Source: Haliotis rubra (lineage: Eukaryota). From it: a stretch of 64,000 bases of DNA. Shown here piece by piece: positions 39,001-49,800 of the stretch. The stretch's first letter is position 1; every line of letters begins with the position of its first letter. The stretch lies in NCBI RefSeq assembly GCF_003918875.1, contig NW_025767021.1, positions 248,001-312,000 of the forward strand. Direction: 5' to 3'. A program made the position numbers and the translations under genes. Below the pieces are notes generated by a model. It was given only the letters and a program-made list of their open reading frames with translations, was not told where the DNA came from and did no database searches.

Positions 39001-41836
39001 CCCCAGGTGGTCTAGATGTATTGCAGTGTAAAGGATGTGCTCCCCAGGTGTTATAGATGTATTGCAGTGTAAAGGATGTGCACCCCAGGTGGTTCTAGAT
39101 GTATTGCAGTGTAAAGGATGTACCCCAGGTGGTCTAGATATATGGTGTAAAGGATGTGCTCCCCAGGTGTTCTAGATGTATTGCAGTGTAAAGGATGTGC
39201 ACCCCAGGTGTTCTAGATGTATTGCCGTGTAAAGGATGTGCACCCCAGGTGGTCTAGATATATTGCAGTGTAAAGGATGTGCTCCCCAGGTGTTCTAGAT
39301 GTATTGCAGTGTAAAGGATGTGCTCACCAGGTGTTATAGATGTATTGCAGTGTAAAGGATGTGCTCCCCAGGTGGTCTAGATGTATTGCAGTGTAAAGGA
39401 TGTGCTGCCAGGTGTTCTAGATGTATTGCAGTGTAAAGGATGTGCTGCCCAGGTGTTATAGATATATTGCAGTGTAAAGGATGTGCTCCCCAGGTGTTAT
39501 AGATGTATTGAAGTGTAAAGGATGTGCTCCCCAGGTGTTATAGATGTATTGCAGTGTGCACCCCAGGTGTTATAGATGACTGTGTAAAGAATGTGCTCCC
39601 AGGTGTTATAGATGTATTGCAGTGTAAAGGATGTGCACCCCAGGTGTTATAGATGTATTGCAGTGTAAAGGATGTGCTCACCAGGTGTTATAGATGTATT
39701 GCAGTGTAAAGGATGTGCTCCCAGGTGGTCTATATGTATTGCAGTGTAAAGGATGTGCTGCCAGGTGTTATAGATGTATTGCAGTGTAAAGGATGTGCTG
39801 CCCAGGTGTTATAGATATATTGCAGTGTAAAGGATGTGCTCACCAGGTGGTCTAGATGTATTGCAGTGTAAAGGATGTGCTGCCCAGGTGTTATAGATGT
39901 ATTGCAGTGTAAAGGATGTGCTCCCCAGGTGTTATAGATGTATTGCAGTGTAAAGGATGTGCTCCCCAGGTGGTCTAGATGTATTGCAGTGTAAAGGATG
40001 TGCTCCCCAGGTGTTATAGATGTATTGCAGTGTAAAGGATGTGCTGCCAGGTGTTATAGATGTATTGCAGTGTAAAGGATGTGCTTCCCAGGTGTTATAT
40101 ATGTATTGCAGTGTAAAGGATGTGCTGCCAGGTGTATTGCAGTGTAAAGGATGTGCTGCCAGGTGTTATAGATGTATTGCAGTGTAAAGGATGTGCTCCC
40201 CAGGTGTTATAGATGTATTGCAGTGTAAAGGATGTGCTCCCCAGGTGGTCTATATGTATTGCAGTGTAAAGGATGTGCTGCCAGGTGTTATAGATGTATT
40301 GCAGTGTAAAGGATGTGCTCCCCAGGTGTTATAGATGTATTGCAGTGTAAAGGATGTGCACCCCAGGTGGTATTAGATGTAATTGCAGTGTAAAGGATGT
40401 GCTCCCAGGTGTTATATAGATGTATTGCAGTGTAAAGGATGTACCCCAGGTGTTATAGATGTATTGCAGTGTAAAGAATGTGCCCCCAGGTGTTATAGAT
40501 GTATTGCAGTGTAAAGGATGTGCACCCCAGGTGTTATAGATGTATTGCAGTGTAAAGGATGTGCTCCCAGGTGTTATAGATGTATTGCAGTGTAAAGGAT
40601 GTGCTCCCCAGGTGTTATAGATGTATTGCAGTGTAAAGGATGTGCTCCCCAGGTGGTCTATATGTATTGCAGTGTAAAGGATGTGAACCCCAGGTGGTCT
40701 ATATGTATTGCAGTGTAAAGGATGTGCACCCCAGGTGTTATAGATGTATTGCCGTGTAAAGAATGTGCTCCCCAGGTGTTATAGATGTATTGCAGTGTAA
40801 AGGATGTGCTCCCCAGGTGTTATAGATGTATTGCAGTGTAAAGGATGTGCTCCCCAGGTGTTATAGATGTATTGCAGTGTAAAGGATGTGCACCCCAGGT
40901 GTTATAGATGTATTGCAGTGTAAAGGATGTGCTCCCCAGGTGTTCTAGATGTATTGCAGTGTAAAGGATGTGCACCCCAGGTGTTATAGATGTATTGCAG
41001 TGTAAAGGATGTACCCCAGGTGTTATAGATGTATTGCAGTGTAAAGGATGTGCTCCCCAGGTGTTATATATGTATTGCAGTGTAAAGGATGTGCACCCCA
41101 GGTGTTATAGATGTATTGCAGTGTAAAGGATGTGCACCCCAGGTGGTCTATATGTATTGCAGTGTAAAGGATGTGCACCCCAGGTGGTCTATATGTATGT
41201 AAAGGATTGCAGGTGTATGTATTGCAGTGTAAAGGATGTGCACCCCAGGTGTTATATATGTATTGCAGTGTAAAGGATGTGCTACCCAGGTGTTCTATAT
41301 GTATTGCAGTGTAAAGGATGTTCTACCCAGGTGTTCTAGATGTATTGCAGTGTAAAGGATGTTCTACCCAGGTGTTCTAGATGTATTGCCGTGTAAAGGA
41401 TGTGCACCCCAGGTGTTCTATATGTATTGCAGTGTAAAGGATGTGCTCCCCAGGTGGTCTAGATGTATTGCAGTGTAAAGGATGTTCTACCCAGGTGTTC
41501 TAGATGTATTGCAGTGTAAAGGATGTGCTCCCCAGGTGTTTATGAGGCTCACATTCTGTTGTTTTCTTTGCAGTGTAACATCTATAGTTCCGAGGTTTCG
41601 TTGTCATGGTTATCTGGCATAATGTACAGAGGTATTCTGTTTAATCTTTTCATACTTTTAAGACTTTAATGCAACTTTAATACAATCCAATGAAGTAAGA
41701 CAAAACACCATCTTATGTTTCAGGACTGGTCACCACCAGCACCAGTTTGAAACCTGTGTTTGTGCCGGCCAGTGGTCACATTATAGGAGCCTTCCCCACA
41801 GACCAGAACATGATCTTCACTCCCAGCAAGTCATAG
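36055..41836 (+). CDS. FAD/NAD(P)-dependent oxidoreductase, renalase superfamily (plant At3g04650-like); start unresolved, apparent frameshift(s)
   Basis: Exons ~36055/36080-36182 (ILAIVGGGISGLVCAARL...VTVFDTG), 36538-37510 (GGRCSTR, FDHSAQYFTV, NKVPQENIP, QLWGAAVP, GVCGDWL, AAVSGLALA; +1 shift at ~37245) and 41724-41836 (…GHIIGAFPTDQNMIFTPSKS*). Junction phases agree (1/1). Confidence 0.85.
38160..41540. repeat. Intronic minisatellite, ~41-bp unit (tattgcagtgtaaaggatgtgctccccaggtgttatagatg), about 80 copies
   Basis: Directly visible tandem array in the last intron of the oxidoreductase. Confidence 0.97.
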
Positions 41837-41965
41837 CAGATGCTTGCCAACACAGACCAGAACATGATGTTCACTCCCAGCAAGTTGAAGCAGGTGCTTG
41901 CCAGCACAGCCAGGAAAGTCATAGCAGGTGCTTGCCAACACAGACAGGAACATGATCTTCACTCA
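41798..41965 (+). repeat. Short degenerate ~54-bp tandem repeat spanning the oxidoreductase stop codon
   Basis: acagaccagaacatgat(c/g)ttcactcccagcaag...gcag(a/g)tgcttgcca recurs about 3 times. Confidence 0.85.
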
Positions 41966-42150
41966 ACACTTGGGAAGTGGACAAATAAACACATTGCATG
42001 TGCACTTTGTGAACCTGATGGTTTGTTCTCCATTTTAGATCATGTGGCGTATGTTTGTTGTTGACAAACATGAAACTTGTCTTGTTACTTACATGTGTTT
42101 AGAAACATTGTTGAACATTTGTGAACATGGTCATAAGAGGATTCAGCCTC

Positions 42151-43770
42151 TATGTCTCATGTCAGTGTAACCTGGTCAGTGTGGATGTTTCTCCACTACA
42201 GCTCATTATACAGTATATAGTGTAAAGATGTGTGTGAGTCTATGTCTAGTGTCAGTGTAACCTGGTCAGTGTGGATGTTTCTCCACTACAGCTCATTATA
42301 CAGTATATAGTGTAAAGATGTGTGTGAGTCTATGTCTCGTGTCAGTGAAACCTGGTCAGTGTGGATGTTTCTCCACTACAGCTCATTATACAGTATATAG
42401 TGTAAAGATGTGTGTGAGTCTATGTCTCGTGTCAGTGTAAATTGGTCAGTGGGGATGTTTCTCCACTACAGCTCATTATACAGTATATAGTGTAAAGATG
42501 TGTGAGTCTATGTCTCGTGTCAGTGTAACCTGGTCAGTGTGGATGTTTCTCCACTACAGCTCATTATACAGTATATAGTGTAAAGATGTGTGTGAGTCTA
42601 TGTCTCGTGTCAGTGAAACCTGGTCAGTGTGGATGTTTCTCCACTACAGCTCATTATACAGTATATAGTGTAAAATGTGTGTGAGTCTATGTCTCAGTGG
42701 TCAGTGAAACCTGGCCAGTGGGGATGTTTCTCAACTACAGCTCATTATACAGTATATAGTGTAAAGATGTGTGTGAGTCTATGTCTCGTGTCAGTGAAAC
42801 CTGGTCAGTGTGGATGTTTCTCCACTACAGCTCATTATACAGTATATAGTGTAAAGATGTGTGTGAGTCTATGTCCGTGTCAGTGAAACCTGGTCAGTGT
42901 GGATGTTTCTCCACTACAGCTCATTATACAGTATATAGTGTAAAGATGTGTGTGAGTCTATGTCTCGTCGTCAGTGAAACCTGGTCAGTGTGGATGTTTC
43001 TCCACTACAGCTCATTATACAGTATATAGTGTAAAGATGTGTGTGAGTCTATGTCTCGTGTCAGTGTAACCTGGTCAGTGTGGATGTTTCTCCACTACAG
43101 CTCATTATACAGTATATAGTGTAAAGATGTGTGTGAGTCTATGTCTAGTGTCAGTGTAACCTGGTCAGTGTGGATGTTTCTCCACTACAGCTCATTATAC
43201 AGTATATAGTGTAAAGATGTGTGTGAGTCTATGTCTCGTGTCAGTGAAACCTGGTCAGTGTGGATGTTTCTCCACTACAGCTCATTATACAGTATATAGT
43301 GTAAAGATGTGTGTGAGTCTATGTCTCGCGGTCAGTGTAACCTGGTCAGTGTGGATGTTTCTCCACTACAGCTCATTATACAGTATATAGTGTAAAGATG
43401 TGTGTGAGTCTATGTCTCGTGTCAGTGTAACCTGGTCAGTGTGGATGTTTCTCCACTACAGCTCATTATACAGTATATAGTGTAAAGATGTGTGTGAGTC
43501 TATGTCTCAGTGTCAGTGTAACCTGGTCAGTGTGGATGTTTCTCCACTACAGCTCATTATACAGTATATAGTGTAAAGATGTGTGTGAGTCTATGTCTCG
43601 TGTCAGTGAAACCTGGTCAGTGTGGATGTTTCTCCACTACAGCTCATTATACAGTATATAGTGTAAAGATGTGTGTGAGTCTATGTCTCGTGTCAGTGTA
43701 ACCTGGTCAGTGGGGATGTTTCTCCACTACAGCTCATTATACAGTATATAGTGTAAAGATGTGTGTGAGT
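42151..43770. repeat. Homogeneous 90-bp satellite, about 18 copies
   Basis: Unit tatgtctcgtgtcagtgtaacctggtcagtgtggatgtttctccactacagctcattatacagtatatagtgtaaagatgtgtgtgagtc. Confidence 0.97.
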
Positions 43771-45049
43771 TATGTTCTGATTAAAAGACACATATTGTGA
43801 AGTGATTATACTCTGTGTGTTTATCAATAGTAGTGTTGGTAAACCAAGGGTAGACTGATGTATGGATGAGGTGAGTGTCGACAATAGTGGTGGGGGTCAT
43901 CAATAGTAGTGTGGGTACCAAATATACAGCATTCTCTAATGCAAACCCAGCAAAATTCTATGCTTTCTGGTCCTCCTTCCATACACTTTTTGCTAATTAT
44001 ACCAATTTAGATGTTCTTTAAATATAACGCAATTTGACAGTACATCTGAATATTTGTATACATATTAGCCTTTGGGTAAAGATAGCAGATATACAGTACA
44101 ACCAGAAATTATTGAGAATTTAAGATTGTAAATTTTCATGTATTTATGTGTGTATAGACAATCTAGTGAAGATATGTTTAGGGTAGTCAACTTACTGTAA
44201 AACCTTTTAAAGCTCAATTGATTGTAACAAACTCGTGTCGACAAACTTTGAAAGGTAATAACAAACTAAAGGGTGTGATATTTACTAGATTTATTATATA
44301 AAATAACTGACAAAAACAAGTTCACTTCAAAGTTGTTTGAACATTTTGTTTATGTTATGCATACAAGAGAGATTAAATAGGCATATGGTATATACAATGA
44401 CAGGTACTGACTTCCTCAAATCTTCAACACATATGTACATACAGTATACTGATAGTACACATAATGTATCCACACTGGTGACTGATACGTCTATCAGAGG
44501 ATCTAATACAATCAAATAAACAGTAATCAATTTGATACCAAATACTGTTTGTTCATGATCAAGAACGGATCATTCTATTGCATTTTGGCTTTATTTCATC
44601 GCAGCTGTGATATGCATAGACAAGAGTTGATCAAAACTACTACTTCATGAAGTAAAACAACAAGGTAATAAATAAAGGGTAAAAGTCTCTAAAGATGGAG
44701 ATGGGGATCTGACAGTGTAAAACAACGACCTTGTGTAGAGACGATACAAACATGTAATGGTCATCCAAATGGTTAAGTTGAGAACCAAGTTGAGCAATAT
44801 AACAACATGGTGATCGTTAAGTCAGTCATCTCCATAGTAACTGTTCAAGGAGACTATATCACAGGATGACATCAAAAGGAAAATTCTCGCTATCTGAACA
44901 TTACCTTCTTCAGGTAACAAACATGAATGAAAGGAAATTCCTGCCTGTTAAATGCAATATTTGAAAATTCTTTGAGTTAAGTAGTGCCTTATTTAAACAT
45001 GAGATTTTCATAAGAGTATGTCAGTGATGAACATCAGGTAGTCAAGCCA

Positions 45050-45180
45050 AGTTTGTTGTTTAACACTGGACTGAGCAATATTACAGCTATATGGTGGCAG
45101 GCTGTAAATAAACCCCAAGTTTGGACCAGACAATCCAATGATTGATCTATGAAAGTGGGATACAGTGACATGTGTCTACC
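45050..45180 (-). mobile_element. SINE family C 3' fragment
   Basis: gtttgttgtttaac...agcaatattacagctatatggtggc...tggaccagacaatcc is the reverse complement of the 52780-52860 tail. Confidence 0.65.
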
Positions 45181-46804
45181 AGGGCATGCCCTGCATGTGT
45201 GAGGAAATGTGCTGGAGTCTTACAACAGGTCCACCTGATGGTCCAGGTGTGGTCCACCTACCTGGGTACCAGCTACAGAACTAGGTGAGGATGGCACTAG
45301 GTGTAAATGTACTCAAAGTCATCCAAAGTAGATGAGGTATGTTTAGAGATGAAAATATGTGTTAAAACAACACTTTTAATACGATTATGAAAAGCTGTGT
45401 CATAAAGATACACTTTAATTTGTCAAAGACACTAACAGCATGATATTTTGTATGGCTGCTCAACAGCCAAGATGTAGGCGAAGCCCCTGAGATCTTTGAG
45501 AACACAACATACCAAGACAGCCATGTTGGATAGTCTCACTGCTGCAGCCAGAGAGCTAGGATATATATTCCACTTAAGTTTGCAAACCTACATACATTTG
45601 TTCTTTTAAAACATCAGAATGAAGGTGCAATAATAAAATAATGGCACACATTAAACAAAATAACCATCCAAATATTTTGATCTGATTTAGTATGTGAGTA
45701 GAATGTTTTGGCAACTTTGTCCTGTAAACTGAAGGCATTCACATTGAGGCTAGTTGATGAAAGGTACTTTCACTATTGTGTAACTATACAGTGAGATATC
45801 ACAGTATGTGACTTGTCATGCGTCTGCTCCATATAGCAGTGAACTTTGGTCTTGGAGACAGATATAATACAGATATCACTTATTCACAACAGTTGATTTC
45901 AATCCAACCCATAAACAATTTCATTGAGATCAGATATTTGACAGCTTTCTAGAATGATTTGACTTCACTTCTATACTGCTCTGACTCGAACATATTTCCA
46001 CAGAGAAAGGTAATGTATCGGAGATAAATGTGGTTGATCCCATACATGTACACAGTTTCCTCAGATATGACTTCCCCGGAAAAGAGCATCATGTGATTTG
46101 GGACGATGGATTTCGAGGTATATGTAATGTAAGCAAACATCACAAGTGCTTCAGAACCACATAACCAGAGTCATTGTCATGGAGATAAGTTGGCAACAGC
46201 TACAGCTTCTTCAAAAGACACTAATAAAATAGTTACAGAATCAAACATTTTGTTCACTCTGTATAAAAAACAGTATGTAACACTTGTGGGTTTTTTCAAG
46301 TTAAGAAATTTGAACTATTTTAATCCAGAAGATGTAATTAGATTAGGCTGAGACCCCATGGAGGTCACAACTGTGCCTCGATCGCATGCAGTATTGAAAT
46401 AATGCCCTATGGACAAGAAATATATTAAAAATAGATACTAATTTGTTCAAGATACTACCAACTGCATGCTTCCAAACTATTCTTTCTGTTAACATGAAAG
46501 TGCGGACATTCTGTCGGCGATGACACAGTGAGTAAGAACAGTTGAAACTACAGCAGACTGAAGTTTGTATTGTGTCTCACATAAGACAAGTGAGGTTATG
46601 AGAAGAAGTTGAATGGATACCTAATGCAGATATATGATTCATGAAAGTTGTTGAATCAATACCCAATTCAGATGTACAATTTGCTGGAGGAATCTTTTCT
46701 TTCATAGCACAATGTGGTGTATGGTTGTTCCGAGTTGGGTGGCACTCTATGAGAGATCTGGCTAGCCACACAAGTGACCTGCAGATTCTTGACCAATGAC
46801 TAGT

Positions 46805-49800
46805 CTATTTGTCCTTCTTGGCTTCAATAACACCATTAGCCGTTACGACGCTACCGTTCCTCTTGTGGCCCCGTGTAGTACCATTTGCAACTTTTCCATT
46901 GGCGACCTGGGCCTTTGACTCTCCTCCCTGCAGCACAAGCAATTTGTGATGTAGACATGTGAATCAGTAACTGATGGACACGACTTGTAATAAGATGGTT
47001 TAGCAGGCAATGGTTTGATCTGATTAAGACAAAAATGATCTTTGAAGAAATGCTGTATTTTTATTGTGAAAAAGCTGTATCAGGACATACTGTCTTGATT
47101 AATTTAAGCAGGTTTTAAGAAGAAATACTTTTCATCCTTCAAGCTCCAACAAGTTTAAATTGAAAATGAGCTTGATGTTTTTACACCCATGAAAACTGTG
47201 TGACTATATGGGTCAAGTTCCCCAATCCCTTGTACTTACTGACAGGTCCACTGTGAATGGCTATAAACATGATCTTTGGACTCCTATATACACCTACCCA
47301 TAATACAGCATAGTAACCCTTACCCATTGTATAACCTAATACCTACCCATAATACAGCATAGTAACCCTCACCCATTGTATAACCTAATACCTACCCATA
47401 ATACAGCATAGTACCACAGATAGCATAACCCTCACCCATTGTATAACCTAATACCTACCCATAATACAGCATAGTACCACAGATAGCATAGCCCTCACCC
47501 ATTGTATAACCTAATACCTACCCATAATACAACATAGTACCACAGATAGCATAACCCTCACCCATTGTATAACCTAATACCTACCCATAATACAGCATAG
47601 TACCACAGATAGCATAACCCCTCACCCATTGTATAACCTAATACCTACTAATACCTACCCATAATACAGCATAGTACCACAGATAGCATAACCCTCACCC
47701 ATTGTATAACCTAATACCTACCCATAATACAGCATAGTACCACAGATAGCATAACCCTCACCCATTGTATAACCTAATACCTACCCATAATACAGCATAG
47801 TACCACAGATAGCATAACCCTCACCCATTGTATAACCTAATACCTACCCATAATACAGCATAGTACCACAGATAGCATAACCCTCACCCATTGTATAACC
47901 TAATACCTACCCATAATACAGCATAGTACCACAGATAGCATAACCCTCACCCATTGTATAACCTAATACCTACCCATAATACAGCATAGTACCACAGATA
48001 GCATAACCCTCACCCATTGTATAACCTAATACCTACCCATAATACAGCATAGTACCACAGATAGCATAACCCTCACCCATTGTATAACCTAATACCTACC
48101 CATAATACAGCATAGTACCACAGATAGCATAACCCTCACCCATTGTATAACCTAATACCTACCCATAATACAGCATAGTACCACCAATAGCATAACCCTC
48201 ACACCCATTGTATAACCTAATACCTACCCATAATACAGCATAGTACCACAGATAGCATAACCCTCACCCATTGTATAACCTAATACCTACCCATAATACA
48301 GCATGGTACCACAGATAGCATAACCCTCACCCATTGTATAACCTAATACCTACCCATAATACAGCATGGTACCACCAATAGCATAACCCTCACCCATTGT
48401 ATAACCTAATACCTACCCATAATACAGCATGGTACCACCAATAGCATAACCCTCACCCACTGTATAACCTAATACCTACACATAATACAGCATAGTACCA
48501 CCAATAGCATAACCCTCACCCATTGTATAACCTAATACCTACCCATAATACAGCATGGTACCACCAATAGCATAACCCTCACCCATTGTATAACCTAATA
48601 CCTGCCCATAATACAGCATGGTACCACCAATAGCATAACCCTCACCCACTGTATAACCTAATACCTGCCCATAATACAGCATGGTACCACCAATAGCATA
48701 ACCCTCACCCATTGTATAACCTAATACCTGCCCATAATACAGCATGGTACCACCAATAGCATAACCCTCACCCACTGTATAACCTAATACCTGCCCATAA
48801 TACAGCATGGTACCACCAATAGCATAACCCTCACCCATTGTATAACCTAATATCGTACCTACCCTTAACACAGCATAGTACCACATAGCATAACTCTCAC
48901 CCACTGTATCACATAATACCTACCCATAACTAAAGCATATAACCACCCATTGTGAAGTATATTACCCATCTCAAATGGAGCATAGTACCAACCCATTATC
49001 CAGCATAATACTCACCCATACTAAAGCCTAATACCTAACCATAATAAAGCATAATAAAGCATAATACCCACCCATAATAAAGCCTAATGTCTCAACCATT
49101 ATCAAGCCTAATGCCCACCTTAAAAATGCATAAGACCCAGCAATAAAGACACTACTATCCAAGTATTTCTGAACTGTAAGTAACCAACCCACAACCATTT
49201 CCAGCACTATCATGAGAACCATGAGATAACTGTCCTGATGAGGTAACCAACCTCCATCCCCAGAGTCACTGTTCTTTAAGTATGGAAAATCATGTTTTGC
49301 CATCAATACTGAACCGTGGTGAGGACACCAAGCTGTCCTCAGAGGAAGCAAAGTTTGGGGTCATGGATTTACCTTGGTCTTGGCTGATCGAGATTTCAAG
49401 TAGGTGTGGAAGTAGAAGTTGAGAAACAGAAGAAGAATGGTGAATGCGTAAAATATCAACGCCCAGTGTAGAGCTTCCGGGAAGTCGCAACCTTTACCCA
49501 GCGACTGAACAGCATGCACGATTCCGGTCACAAACTGAATCTAAAATGGCACAAAAAACAAAAAGCGTAAAAAACAAATTTACCTTTGATTTAGACGTGG
49601 GCTTTTTCTTGAGGTATGCTTGGATGTAAAAGTTGATAAATAGGGTGATAATTGTTATTCCATAGACTAGGCCCGCATACTGCATCCAATTGGGAAAGTC
49701 GCACTCTATTAACAATCCTTGGATTCCGTACACCATTCCGATAAAGAATTGGAGCTACAAGCAGAAGAGAAATACGCATGCATAAAGGATGTGCCGCAGC

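Noticed and set aside
38160-43770. CRISPR-like appearance of regular repeats
   Set aside because: Head-to-tail units with no unique spacers, no cas genes, and a eukaryotic context.
49373-49754. Exons 6a and 6b as an assembly duplication or both constitutive
   Set aside because: They are too diverged to be a haplotig artefact. Co-inclusion would duplicate TM6-7 and need a 43-nt intron.
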